The position numbers and the translations under genes are program-made. This document shows, in pieces, positions 9,325 through 19,511 of a stretch of DNA of 64,000 bases. The notes below the pieces were generated by a model. It searched no databases. It was not told the DNA's origin and worked only from the letters and a program-made list of their open reading frames with translations. This DNA comes from Methanomassiliicoccales archaeon. Lineage in GTDB: Archaea > Thermoplasmatota > Thermoplasmata > Methanomassiliicoccales > UBA472. The stretch lies in the NCBI GenBank assembly GCA_026394375.1, contig JAPKYJ010000024.1, positions 35,259 to 99,258 on the forward strand. Reading direction: 5' to 3'. Every line of letters starts with the position of its first letter. Position 1 is the stretch's first letter.

Positions 9325-12300
9325 ATGGTCTTCAAGAAGATAGCGAACACGGTCATCAAGCGTTACAAACTGATCATAGCAATATGGATCATCCTGTTGC
9401 TTCCGGCGGCCTATTTCGCCCCGAAGGCCTTCGATGCGGTGCAGTACGAGGAGACGGACATGGCCCCGGCGGATCTGCCTTCCTCCGAAGCCACGGCTTT
9501 CATCAACAAGCATTTCACCAGCGGGGTCGAGTCCGCTTCTACCATCATCGTCATCACCAGCCCGAACGTATTCGACAACGCCACCAAGAAAGCGACCCTG
9601 GATATCCTCAATCGGACCGCTTCTCAGATCAAGTCCCAAATCGGAGCGACAGCCATCGCTTCCTCCATCTACAACGTGACGGCCACGCTCACCGCGCCCT
9701 TGCTCGGGGCCATGAACCAAGGATATCACATCGCCTGGAACACCACCAATCTCACCGCCTTCATGCTCTTCGAGCTGCCCCTGGAATACAGGACGCTGTT
9801 CAACGAGACCAATGTGACGGCCTTCGTGCTCTATGGGATCCCATCGATCCACCTAAGCATCTGGAAGCAGATCAACGCGAGCGCGCCCCTGCCTCCGCAT
9901 GTGGTCGATTCCTTGGCCTATGACCAGACAGTGCTGGCGTTGCAGCCGATATATGCAAGGATGAACGCCACGGAAAGGACGATCGCGCAGACATGGTTCG
10001 GCAACTATACCGAGGCCTGGAACGCGAGCATAGCCACGACCAATCCGGACATCAGAGCGGGCCATTCGATCAGCCAGGCGTTCAACGGCTTCGTCCAGAT
10101 GCCTTTCTTCGACGAAGAGATGCGCATCTTCCTCACCCTGGTCCGGTTCAGCTTCGACCTTGGCGATTTCGCTGACTATCACTTCATCAACCAGGTGGAC
10201 AAGGCATTGTTCTCCGTGGCCATCGACATCCTCCTTCCCAACGTGACCGCGCAGGAGAGACAGTTGGTGCATCTCTACTTCGACATCTTCCACGGCCGTT
10301 GGAACAACACCACCGCTCAAGCGCCGAATGAGGCCGACTTTCGGCTCATGGTCGGTCTCTCGGTCCAAGACTTCGCCACCGCCATCGGCGGCGCGCAAGG
10401 GCAGCTCGTCCTGGCCATCTATCAACAGCTGGGCTGGCAGAGTTTCAGGAATCCGGAGGCCATCAGCCAGTTCGTGACCGGGCTGATCGTCTCTCAGACC
10501 GGCGCCAAAGCCTGGTTGGTGGCCGAGGTAGGGCAGTATCCCACCAACATGCCACAGAAGTTCTGGAATGACATGGCCAGATCTTTGGTGGAGAACTACA
10601 CCATACCCGAGTTCCCCATCCCTCCCATCGAGGCCGTGGTCAGCGGCTTCGTGAACACCCCGCAGAACACCACCATGCTCATCCCCCTGCTTTTCAAGGA
10701 CTCAACCGCCGGGGCCAAGGCGGTGCCGATCGTTCGAGATATCGTGAAACAGGCCACCGCTGGAAAGGTCGGAATAAGGGTGTATGTCACCGGCAACGAT
10801 CCCCTCGGCGTGGATATCCAGAACGCGACCAACGAGGACGTAGGCCGCGTCGACCCCTTCACCATTCTATTGGTCCTGGTCTTGATCGGGGTCTTCTTCC
10901 GTTCCTTTGTCGCCTCCTCCATTCCTCCCATGGTCATCGGAGTGGCACTAGGCATGAGCTACGCGGCGATCTTCTTCCTCTCCTACCTGATGTCGGTGCA
11001 CTACAGCGTGCTCATGCTGCTCATCACCTCGATGATGGGGGCAGGGTGCGACTACTGCATTTTCATCCTCTCGCGCTACCGTGAGGAAAGGTTGAGGGGC
11101 CTGAACAAGGAGGATGCCGTCCGAACCTCAGTCACCTGGGCGGGCGAGTCCATCGCCACTTCCGGCGCAACCGTGATAATCGGATTCGGCGTCCTCGCCA
11201 TCGGCCGCTTCTCCATGCTCAAGTCCATGGGGATCGGGCTGGCGTTCGGGATTACCGTCGCGCTGTTGGCCTCATTGACCCTTCTTCCTTCGGTCCTCAT
11301 GCTCCTGGGCGACAGGATATTCTGGCCTTCGAAGCTCATCCCCAAGATAAAGAGGTCCTTGAAGGATGGCTACTTCGTTAGGGCCGCCAAGGCCTCCATC
11401 AAGCACGCTAAAATCCTCGTAGTGGCAGCGGTGCTCGTCTCCATCCCCACCACCTACATGGTGCTGACGTTGGACACCTCCTACGATTTCATAAGCGCCA
11501 TGCCCGACACGGAGAGCAAGCAGGGCCTGGAGGTCCTGAGTCACGGCTTTGGAGCAGGCAAGACCACCCCCACTCAGGTGGCCCTGAACATGACCTATCC
11601 AGTGGTGGTGAGCAACAACTTCTCGGTCGCCGAGATGCGCTCCATCGACAACGTCACCATGCAACTTGGCAACCTGACGAACGTGCAGAGCGTTCTCAGC
11701 CCTACCCGTCCATTGGGAGATCCGAGCTTCCAATGGTGGAACCTGAGCCACTATCCGCTGCAGCAGCAAGAGGTGTTCAAGGGGATCATGCGGGGCATGG
11801 TGGGCAAGAACGACACTCACGCCGTGCTCATGACCGTGGTCTTCAAGGCCGAGCCATTTGCCAAGGAGTCCATCGACTCCATCAACCAGATCAGGGTCAT
11901 CGCGGCCAACCTGGACAGGCAGGATTCGCGCATCCTAGCAACCTACGTGGGAGGTGCGACCGCCTCCATGTACGACATCTCGAACATGGTGCAGGGCGAC
12001 TTCAACCTCATCGGGGTGGTGGTGGTCGTGGGCATATACCTCGTGCTCATGATCGTCCTGGGATCGATGATCAGTCCCCTGAGGTCCATCATCACCATAT
12101 TGCTGAGCCTTTCCTGGACCATCGCCGCCACCATGGTGGTGTTCCAGTACGGCCAAGGGGTACCGGTTCTTTGGATGATACCCATGATCCTCCTGGTCAT
12201 ATGCCTGGGCATCGGCATGGACTACGACATCTTCATCACCACCCGCATACGGGAAGAGGCGTCCAAGGGCAGGGAGACCAATGACGCCATCGTCCATGCC

Positions 12301-12585
12301 ATGGAGCACACCGGTGGGGTCATCACCGCCTGCGGCCTGATCATGGCCGGAGCTTTCGGCACGTTGATGCTCTCTCAGGGTTCGCTGCTACAAGAGTTCG
12401 GCTTCGCCCTCATGTTCGCTATTCTGGTGGACGCGACCGTCGTCCGCATCTACCTGGTGCCAGCCATAGTCTCGTTGCTGGGCAAGTGGAACTGGTGGGC
12501 GCCCGGTCGGCTGCAGCGCGTAGGCCGCGAGGAGAAGATGTCCGCCAAGGCGAAGGAGAAGGCCGAGGGCAAGAAGAAAGAATAA
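9325..12585 (+). CDS. MMPL/RND-family membrane transporter with large extracellular domain
   Basis: Two TM clusters with GAGCDYCIFILSRYREE and GIGMDYDIFITTRIREE; DATVVRIYLVPA...LGKWNWW C-terminus. Confidence 0.88.
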   Translation: MVFKKIANTVIKRYKLIIAIWIILLLPAAYFAPKAFDAVQYEETDMAPADLPSSEATAFINKHFTSGVESASTIIVITSPNVFDNATKKATLDILNRTASQIKSQIGATAIASSIYNVTATLTAPLLGAMNQGYHIAWNTTNLTAFMLFELPLEYRTLFNETNVTAFVLYGIPSIHLSIWKQINASAPLPPHVVDSLAYDQTVLALQPIYARMNATERTIAQTWFGNYTEAWNASIATTNPDIRAGHSISQAFNGFVQMPFFDEEMRIFLTLVRFSFDLGDFADYHFINQVDKALFSVAIDILLPNVTAQERQLVHLYFDIFHGRWNNTTAQAPNEADFRLMVGLSVQDFATAIGGAQGQLVLAIYQQLGWQSFRNPEAISQFVTGLIVSQTGAKAWLVAEVGQYPTNMPQKFWNDMARSLVENYTIPEFPIPPIEAVVSGFVNTPQNTTMLIPLLFKDSTAGAKAVPIVRDIVKQATAGKVGIRVYVTGNDPLGVDIQNATNEDVGRVDPFTILLVLVLIGVFFRSFVASSIPPMVIGVALGMSYAAIFFLSYLMSVHYSVLMLLITSMMGAGCDYCIFILSRYREERLRGLNKEDAVRTSVTWAGESIATSGATVIIGFGVLAIGRFSMLKSMGIGLAFGITVALLASLTLLPSVLMLLGDRIFWPSKLIPKIKRSLKDGYFVRAAKASIKHAKILVVAAVLVSIPTTYMVLTLDTSYDFISAMPDTESKQGLEVLSHGFGAGKTTPTQVALNMTYPVVVSNNFSVAEMRSIDNVTMQLGNLTNVQSVLSPTRPLGDPSFQWWNLSHYPLQQQEVFKGIMRGMVGKNDTHAVLMTVVFKAEPFAKESIDSINQIRVIAANLDRQDSRILATYVGGATASMYDISNMVQGDFNLIGVVVVVGIYLVLMIVLGSMISPLRSIITILLSLSWTIAATMVVFQYGQGVPVLWMIPMILLVICLGIGMDYDIFITTRIREEASKGRETNDAIVHAMEHTGGVITACGLIMAGAFGTLMLSQGSLLQEFGFALMFAILVDATVVRIYLVPAIVSLLGKWNWWAPGRLQRVGREEKMSAKAKEKAEGKKKE

Positions 12586-12634
12586 GCTCTATGATCCGTG
12601 GACCAATGGGGGAACGCCTTCCATCCCTCTTCGT

Positions 12635-13177
12635 TCATTCCCAGCGCTTGAAAAGCTCATGCCCGACACCGAGCCGGTCCAGCACCTTGCCCACCACGAA
12701 ATCGACCATGTCCTCCACGCTCTCTGGGCGAGGATAGAAGCCCGGAGATGCTGGCAGTATGGCGACGCCCAGACGAGCGAGCTTCAGTTCGTTCTCCAAC
12801 ATTATCGCGCTTACTGGTGTCTCGCGAGGCACGAGGATGAACCTCCGCCCTTCCTTGAGAGCCACGGCCGCCGTCCTGGTGATCAAGGTGTCAGCGATCC
12901 CGTTCGCGATCTTGGCCAAGGTGCTCTCCGAACAGGGGATGATGACCATTGAGTCGAACAAGTAGCTGCCCGATGCGGGGGCGGCAAAGAGGTCGGAGTC
13001 CTCATAGGTCCGGTCCGCCAAGGCCACGACCTCCTCCATTCTCAGGTGCGTCTCGTACTCAAGGATCCGCTTACCAGTGTCCGAGACGATGAGCACCTTC
13101 TCTCCGGTCAATGTCCTGAGCAATCTGATCCCATAGATCGAGCCTGAGGAGCCGGTCATGGCGATGATCGTCTTCAC
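12635..13177 (-). CDS. ubiX: Flavin prenyltransferase UbiX
   Basis: AMTGSSGSIYG, ASGS, LVPRETP, PASPGFY and DFVVGKVLD motifs. Confidence 0.93.
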   Translation of the reverse strand: MKTIIAMTGSSGSIYGIRLLRTLTGEKVLIVSDTGKRILEYETHLRMEEVVALADRTYEDSDLFAAPASGSYLFDSMVIIPCSESTLAKIANGIADTLITRTAAVALKEGRRFILVPRETPVSAIMLENELKLARLGVAILPASPGFYPRPESVEDMVDFVVGKVLDRLGVGHELFKRWE

Positions 13178-13500
13178 GGGTCAAGGAACGACGGAAGGCA
13201 TACTTCAAGACTGCTCCCGCGACCTACCCCTCACGCATTGATGACCATCGCGGCCATGGCGATAATGGCCTTCCTGGTGTCGATGCATCGTTGCAGGAAC
13301 GAATAGGATCGCTCACATCTCGGTCGAGGGCGGCAGACCCCTAGGAACACACAGATGAGGCCGGTTCTCGCACGCCGCACGCACCAGCAGCTCCCGATCA
13401 AGCTCCCTACCAGGAAAACACTTTTATAATGGGACCTAGTTAGGCGGCCTGAGTTGTCCGACGATTGAGACGAGTTACACTCAATCAGAGGTAGGTCAGA

Positions 13501-13929
13501 ATGGTCACAGTCTACGACGTCCCCGCGGATAAGCTGATCGAGAAGACAGCGATAAAGCTGCGGGAGATCGACACGATCAAGCCGCCTGAATGGGCGGAGT
13601 TCGCACGCACGGGAAGGCATACTGAAAAGGCACCGGCACAACGAGACTGGTGGCACACGCGCGCAGCCTCGATTCTGCGCAAGGTGTACATCATGGGGCC
13701 CATCGGAAGCTCCCGTTTGGCCGAGGAATACGGCGGCTTCGCTGATCGCGGTTCGAGACCGAACAAGGCGGTCAAGGGCTCGCGCAACATCGCTCGCAAG
13801 TGCATCATGCAGCTGGAGGCAAGCGGTCTGGTGGCGAAGAACAAGAACAAGGGCCGCGTCATAACGCCCAAAGGGCAGAAGATGCTGGACGCGCTGGCCA
13901 AGGAGATCACGGATTCACAGAAGAAATGA
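13501..13929 (+). CDS. rps19e: 30S ribosomal protein S19e
   Basis: MVTVYDVP, PPEWA, WWHTRAASILRKVY, GRVITPKG. Confidence 0.97.
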   Translation: MVTVYDVPADKLIEKTAIKLREIDTIKPPEWAEFARTGRHTEKAPAQRDWWHTRAASILRKVYIMGPIGSSRLAEEYGGFADRGSRPNKAVKGSRNIARKCIMQLEASGLVAKNKNKGRVITPKGQKMLDALAKEITDSQKK

Positions 13930-13939
13930 GGGGAGCGAA

Positions 13940-14269
13940 ATGGAAGACAACGAGCTGGAGGGACTGCGGCGCCGCAAGATGGCCCAACTGCAACATCAAC
14001 AGGAGCAGCAGATGATGGCCGCGGAGCAGCAACGCCAGGTCGACCAGCAGAAGCAGGCGATCATGCGTCAGATACTCACCAACGAGGCAAGGGACCGGTT
14101 GGCCACCCTGAAGATGGCCTATCCAGAGATTGCTCGCTCGGTGGAGGACCAGCTCATTGCGCTCGTGCAGGCGGGAAGGATCAGTCAGCAGGTGGACGAT
14201 GCCATGCTTAAGACCATCCTGCGCAAGGTAGCACCCCAGAAGAGAGAGATCAGCATAGAGAGGAAGTGA
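13940..14269 (+). CDS. DNA-binding protein, PDCD5/TFAR19 family
   Basis: [34 protein letters not shown]; conserved position after rps19e. Confidence 0.9.
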   Translation: MEDNELEGLRRRKMAQLQHQQEQQMMAAEQQRQVDQQKQAIMRQILTNEARDRLATLKMAYPEIARSVEDQLIALVQAGRISQQVDDAMLKTILRKVAPQKREISIERK

Positions 14270-14274
14270 CAGTT

Positions 14275-14430
14275 ATGACTAGGAACAAACCCCCGGCGAT
14301 GAAATCGCGCCTACTTCGAAAGGTCAAGCAGAACCGCAGAGTTCCTGCCTGGGTCATGATGCGTACCAACCGCACCTTCCTCCGCCATCCAAAGCGGAGG
14401 ACCTGGCGGCGCAACAAGCTGAAGGAGTGA
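14275..14430 (+). CDS. rpl39e: 50S ribosomal protein L39e (not in ORF track, 51 aa)
   Basis: Translated by hand: [51 protein letters not shown]. Confidence 0.95.
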   Translation: MTRNKPPAMKSRLLRKVKQNRRVPAWVMMRTNRTFLRHPKRRTWRRNKLKE

Positions 14431-14435
14431 TGCGC

Positions 14436-14699
14436 ATGGCCGAAGAAGAGCAGATCATGATCATTCCCTTGCTGACGGCCAAGGCCTCACCCCGCTCCAA
14501 GAAATCGAGGAAGGCGGTGAACGAGATCCGCGTGCATGTGGCCAAGCATATGAAGGCGAAGCCTGAGGACGTTTGGATTGACCAGAAGCTCAACGAGTTG
14601 GTCTGGGCCAGGGGCATACAGAAGCCGCCGGCGAAGGTCAGGGTGAAAGCGGTCAAGTTCGAGGACGGACTGGTCGAGGTCTCCCTGCCCGAAGAGTGA
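14436..14699 (+). CDS. rpl31e: 50S ribosomal protein L31e
   Basis: RSKKSRKAVNEIR, KHMK, LNELVWARGIQKPPAKVRVK. Confidence 0.95.
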   Translation: MAEEEQIMIIPLLTAKASPRSKKSRKAVNEIRVHVAKHMKAKPEDVWIDQKLNELVWARGIQKPPAKVRVKAVKFEDGLVEVSLPEE

Positions 14700-14710
14700 T
14701 GGCATAGCGA

Positions 14711-15370
14711 ATGTTGCGCCTTTCCCATTACCTCGGTAATCCCTACGTCGGGGTTCATTGTGCGGCAAACAACGAGTACGCTTTCGTTCCGCGTGACGCC
14801 CCCGATTCATTGATCAGGGATATCACCGAAGTTCTGCAAGTGAAGGTGGAGCGCGTCACCGTAGGCAGCACTAACCTCATCGGTTCGCTTCTCTCTCTGA
14901 ACTCCTACGGAGCGGTGGTCACGAACATGGCCACCAATGCCGAGGTGGAGCATCTCTCCCGATTCTTCCCGGTGTACCGCATCGCGGACAAGATCAACGC
15001 TTCGGGCAACAACATCCTGGTCAATGACCATGGGGCGCTGGCCAACCCCGATCTGGGACGCAAGACCCTCAAGGCTATCGAGGACACGCTCCAGGTCGAG
15101 CTGCATCAGGGAACGATCGCCGAGCACAAGACGGTCGGTTCGGCCTGTATCGTCACTGACAAAGGAGCGTTGTGCCACCCAGCGAGCACGCCGGCCGAGA
15201 TGGAACTCGTTCGAAGCGTCTTCAAGGTCCCGGCCGCCATCGGCACGCTCAACTATGGAGCGCCCCTGATCGGGGCCTGCATGATCGCCAACTCCAAAGG
15301 GGGGGTGGTAGGCAACAAGAGCACCCCCATCGAGCTCGGCCGGGTCGAGGATGCTCTCTACCTCATCTAG
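14711..15370 (+). CDS. eif6: Translation initiation factor 6
   Basis: GNPYVGV, GNNILVND, GTLNYGAPLIG, STPIELGRVEDAL. Confidence 0.95.
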   Translation: MLRLSHYLGNPYVGVHCAANNEYAFVPRDAPDSLIRDITEVLQVKVERVTVGSTNLIGSLLSLNSYGAVVTNMATNAEVEHLSRFFPVYRIADKINASGNNILVNDHGALANPDLGRKTLKAIEDTLQVELHQGTIAEHKTVGSACIVTDKGALCHPASTPAEMELVRSVFKVPAAIGTLNYGAPLIGACMIANSKGGVVGNKSTPIELGRVEDALYLI

Positions 15371-15408
15371 AAGCCCTCAATAGAACCCTTTGTTGCTGAT
15401 ATTGGCGC

Positions 15409-16044
15409 TCACGGCGAGAAGACCCAATACTCCGTGTCCTCCGGCAGGTCCTCCTTCTCAAGATCGACCTCGTTGCCCACCCGCCTCACTCTATTCTCAG
15501 GAACGCCAGCCAGGAACCCATCCACCGTCTGAATCGAGAGCGAAAGCCCTCCGATGCGGAAGTGCATGGGGACCACCACCTTCGGTTGGAGCCGGTCCAC
15601 GAGCCTTTGCGCCCCTTCCCCATCCAAGGTGAAGACCCCGCCCACCGGAACGAAAAGCACGTCCACCTTCCCCAACGCCTGCACCTGCTGATCACCTAGG
15701 TCTTGCCCAAGATCGCCGCAGTGGCAGAAACGTATGCCTCCGATGTCGAATCTGAATAGGGTGACCTTGCCTCGTTTCGTCCCCTCCGCGTCGTCGTGGT
15801 AGGCCGACAGTCCCAGCACCTTGATCCCTTTCAGCTCCTTCTTTCCCGGCTCCCTCATAGTGACAAAATCGCCTTTCACGATGCGGGAGCAGTTGTGATC
15901 GAAATGATCGTGGCTGATCAACAATACGTCCGCCCTGACCGAGGGTGTCTTGATGCCCAGGGATTTTCCGTCATGGGGGTCGATGACCACCGTGACCTTG
16001 TCGGAGACCTCGAAACAGGAATGGCCATGCCAGATGATCTTCAT
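15409..16044 (-). CDS. MBL-fold metallo-hydrolase
   Basis: WHGHSCF, SHDHFDH, HCGDLG, VPMHF. Confidence 0.88.
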   Translation of the reverse strand: MKIIWHGHSCFEVSDKVTVVIDPHDGKSLGIKTPSVRADVLLISHDHFDHNCSRIVKGDFVTMREPGKKELKGIKVLGLSAYHDDAEGTKRGKVTLFRFDIGGIRFCHCGDLGQDLGDQQVQALGKVDVLFVPVGGVFTLDGEGAQRLVDRLQPKVVVPMHFRIGGLSLSIQTVDGFLAGVPENRVRRVGNEVDLEKEDLPEDTEYWVFSP

Positions 16045-16060
16045 TGCACCTACTCCTACC

Positions 16061-16900
16061 TCAGTCCATGTCGTGGAACCTGGCCCCGCAGTTGGGACAG
16101 GAGTCCGCTCTCTCGCTCACCAGTTCGTTACATTTGGGACAGATGACCACCTCGTTGGGGGCACTTTCGACCGTGCCGATGACCGGTTCGATCGGACCCC
16201 TCCCTATTTCCCGAGCTTCGTAAGCGAAGCCCGCCCCCAGGGTGATGGTGAAGGCACTGGCGATGGCCACTCCCCATCCCACAGACGTATCCAAGGCGGT
16301 GATGGAATAGAGCTCCAAGGCGACCAAATACACCACTACGCCCGCAGCCATGATCCCCACTGGCAGCCTCATGCTCTTGCCGAATCTGCTCGCCTTGGCC
16401 ACAGGTAGCTCCGAGCGAAGCTCCCCGATCGGACTGACCGGGGCCTCGACCACCTGCTTCTCGGCCATCAGTGAGGGGGCGGGTGGCTCAGAGACCGGCT
16501 GGCCGATCATGGTGTCTACGAAGGCCTTGACCTCGCGCATCTCCGCCGAAGGCATGTCCACCGGGGTCATGTGGTCCGCCGTCCATTTCTTACCCGCTGA
16601 CTGAAGCTCTTCCTCGCTCACTGGCGAGTCGGTATTCGCCAATCCTCGAGGCTCGGTGCGCTGGGCCGCCACCACTTCCCGACTGGCGTGAACGATGGTA
16701 GACTCGATCTTCTTGGAGAGCTCGTCGCCCAGGACTATGGAATCGGTCTCTCGGTTGAGCGTCTCCAGTACTTTCACATGGGAGGACCATTCATCGGAGG
16801 CGCCCTGGAACTCCCAGCCGCAGAAATCGCACTGGGCAACCGAGGGTTTGTTCCTCAGTCCGCATCGAGGGCACTCCTTGAATCCCGGTTTTCTCTCCAT
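16061..16900 (-). CDS. Membrane protein with N- and C-terminal zinc ribbons
   Basis: CPRC...CDFC at the N-terminus, two hydrophobic helices, CPKC...CPNC at the C-terminus; start codon uncertain. Confidence 0.65.
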   Translation of the reverse strand: MERKPGFKECPRCGLRNKPSVAQCDFCGWEFQGASDEWSSHVKVLETLNRETDSIVLGDELSKKIESTIVHASREVVAAQRTEPRGLANTDSPVSEEELQSAGKKWTADHMTPVDMPSAEMREVKAFVDTMIGQPVSEPPAPSLMAEKQVVEAPVSPIGELRSELPVAKASRFGKSMRLPVGIMAAGVVVYLVALELYSITALDTSVGWGVAIASAFTITLGAGFAYEAREIGRGPIEPVIGTVESAPNEVVICPKCNELVSERADSCPNCGARFHDMD

Positions 16901-17142
16901 CCAATCTATCAAGAACCCCCGTACATGATAATAATCTTTTTCGCCCGGATGGTCCGGATTGAGGATGGCTTCCATGCTCCTGGAACAGATCTGGAGGCTT
17001 GGTCGCTGGCTTGCGTCTTCATAGGATGTGTTTCCTATGGGAAAGGGGGATAAAGGGCCTGCACCGAGACGACCTGGATGGGGCCGGGGACATCTTTGGT
17101 AACAAAAAGATTAAAATATGGCAATACTGGATAGAGAAGCGG

Positions 17143-18291
17143 ATGAAGATACTGGTCCTCAGCGTTGATCGGGACGACGATTTCGGGTCCAAAGCCGGTC
17201 TCAACAGCCCGTTCGTGGGCAGGCAGGAGAACCTGGACGCAGCCCTGGGGCTGGGTCTCAAGGACCCCGAGGACTCGGACGTGAACACCATCCTGGCGGC
17301 CATCAGCATCTACGAGGAGATGGTCAAGAAGGGCATCGACGCCGAGATTGCGACCATCTGCGGCGATGTCAAGGTCGGCTACGAATCGGATTTGGTGCTC
17401 GCCACTCAGCTGGAGAACGTGCTCGAGATGATCAAGCCCGACCGAGTGGTGCTGGTCAGCGACGGGGCCGAGGACGAATACATCTTCCCCATGGTCGCCT
17501 CCCGGGTCAAGGTCGACTCGGTCAAGCGGGTCTTCGTGAAACAGGCGCCGACCGTGGAAGGCACCTACTACATCCTCCTGAAGATGTTCCAGGACGACAA
17601 GGTGCGCAAGCGGGTGCTCCCGCCCATTGGTCTGGTGCTGACGGTCCTGGGCATGTTCGCGGTCTTCCCCAAGTTCTTCCAGTACATGGCCACTCCCGCT
17701 TTCGGTTTGATATCGGAAATGGGGCTGGGGGCCATCGCCATAGTGCTTGGCCTGTATCTCATCTTCTACGCCTACAAGGTGGGCGAGAAGATGGAGCAAG
17801 GCTTCCTGCGCACGGGGCGGGCCATCCGTTCAGGCTCGCAGATGATCCCCTTTGCGGTGTTGTCCGTCATCCTCCTCATCGGAGGGATCACCTACGGTCT
17901 GGATGCGGCGCGGAGCGCACAGTCCAACGACCTGACGCTTCAGGTGTTGCTCTTCCTGGGCGCGATGCTATGGCTCGGCATATTCGCCGTTTTCTCCTAT
18001 ACCACCGGCAAGTTCGTCAACCAATATTTCCTCACTGGCAAGGTGCACTGGACATTCATCGTTGTCACTCTCTCGGTGTTTGCCATAGGGTTCATCAGCC
18101 AAGGTGCGATCGACGCCACCATGTACTTCCTGAACTACCGTCACTACAACGAGGCATTCATCGTCCTGGAGATCGTGACCGGTTTCCTACTGGCGACATT
18201 CGGGGGCCTGCTGAACTTCGCCATGCGGGCGCAATCCCCTCAAGCCTTGGCGGAGAGCGAATCGCCGGAGGGCGTGGAGTCCTCCAACTAG
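17143..18291 (+). CDS. DUF373 family membrane protein
   Basis: LVLSVDRDDD, DPEDSDVN, VSDGAEDE, VFVKQA, then multiple TM helices. Confidence 0.85.
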   Translation: MKILVLSVDRDDDFGSKAGLNSPFVGRQENLDAALGLGLKDPEDSDVNTILAAISIYEEMVKKGIDAEIATICGDVKVGYESDLVLATQLENVLEMIKPDRVVLVSDGAEDEYIFPMVASRVKVDSVKRVFVKQAPTVEGTYYILLKMFQDDKVRKRVLPPIGLVLTVLGMFAVFPKFFQYMATPAFGLISEMGLGAIAIVLGLYLIFYAYKVGEKMEQGFLRTGRAIRSGSQMIPFAVLSVILLIGGITYGLDAARSAQSNDLTLQVLLFLGAMLWLGIFAVFSYTTGKFVNQYFLTGKVHWTFIVVTLSVFAIGFISQGAIDATMYFLNYRHYNEAFIVLEIVTGFLLATFGGLLNFAMRAQSPQALAESESPEGVESSN

Positions 18292-18300
18292 GTGGTTGGA

Positions 18301-18966
18301 GTGCAATTCACGGAATGGGAGCCCATTTATCTGGAAATCGTGCGGGAGTTCGGTCTCTCTCGCCAGAAGGATGAGGAATCGGCCGCCATTCTCGACTCCC
18401 TCTTAGCCGGAAAGGAGGAGTGCGACGACATCTGCCTGGAGAGGATCGTTGGCTGGGAGGCGACGGTATGCGGCGACGGTCCGAACCTCGATTCCGACCT
18501 GGACGCGCTCTCACCTCGCGGCACGCTAATCTCGGCTGATGGGGCTACGAGCACTCTGATGCACCGTCGCCTCTGGCCGGACATCATCGTCACCGATCTT
18601 GATGGCGAGGTGGAACCTCAGCTCATGGCCAATGGAGCGGGGGCGGTGGCCGTGATCCTCGCTCATGGAGATAACACAGCGAGGGTGAAGGAGATCGTAC
18701 CGCGTTTCCGAGGGCCGATCGTCGGTACGACGCAATCGACCCCTTTTGGTGGACGGAAGAATTATGGTGGGTTCACGGACGGCGACCGAGCGGTGGAGCT
18801 CGCTCGTCATTTCGGGGCGCGGAGGGTGAACCTCCTGGGGTTCGATTTCGAGAACCCACGCAGGGCGGAGGGCAAGGACCTGGAAAGGAAGAGGCGCAAG
18901 CTCAAGTGGGCCCGGAAGATCATCTTCGATAGAAACCCTACGCATGTCGTTCTGTGGATGCCCTGA
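18301..18966 (+). CDS. mptE: 6-hydroxymethyl-7,8-dihydropterin pyrophosphokinase MptE-like (DUF115)
   Basis: WEPIYLEI, SADGAT, IVTDLDG, AHGDN, GGFTDGDRA, LLGFDF. Confidence 0.8.
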   Translation: MQFTEWEPIYLEIVREFGLSRQKDEESAAILDSLLAGKEECDDICLERIVGWEATVCGDGPNLDSDLDALSPRGTLISADGATSTLMHRRLWPDIIVTDLDGEVEPQLMANGAGAVAVILAHGDNTARVKEIVPRFRGPIVGTTQSTPFGGRKNYGGFTDGDRAVELARHFGARRVNLLGFDFENPRRAEGKDLERKRRKLKWARKIIFDRNPTHVVLWMP

Positions 18967-19511
18967 TCCAGTCCGGAAATGGGCGAAATCCCTCGAGATA
19001 CCATGTCTCACGATGCAAGGCGCTCCACCCGGATACATGCTGGCCATAGCATTCGTCACTCGGAAGGAATCGGAGGACCATGTTTTTGACAGGACGCTGA
19101 CCTCATCGGTCTGTTCGATATCTTGCTTCCAGCGGTGGAGCGAACGGACGCGGAATCGGTTCGCGCAAGCCGCGACGCGCCTCTTGACTAGGTCGCGGAC
19201 GATCGTCCTTACGACCGATTCATTGGAGGAGGGGTGGTGACCGATATCGTGACGTATCTTCTACCAGCTAGAACCGCCTGCTCTAGAACCTTCGTACTTG
19301 AGCACCCCGTTGGATCATCGCAGGACGTCCGCCCCCAAAGGCCGAACACCACATGAGGAACCAGAGGTTCGTCAAAGGAGTGGCTAGGCAATTGACCTTT
19401 GACCTGCTGGCTAACCATCTGGGTGCCGATAAGTTATATATAGCAACAAACCTCTATTCTGGACCAGTTTTCCCTACCGTTTGAGTGTGGGAGAAGAAAG
19501 GAGGAAAGCAA

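Noticed and set aside
13231..13656. Cys-containing minus-strand ORF where an RNase P subunit gene often precedes rps19e
   Set aside because: Overlaps rps19e and its promoter on the opposite strand and lacks recognisable Rpp21 motifs
18967..19484. Long spacer before the SBP gene as possible ncRNA or mobile remnant
   Set aside because: No convincing ORF, repeat or structure beyond a TATA box near 19434
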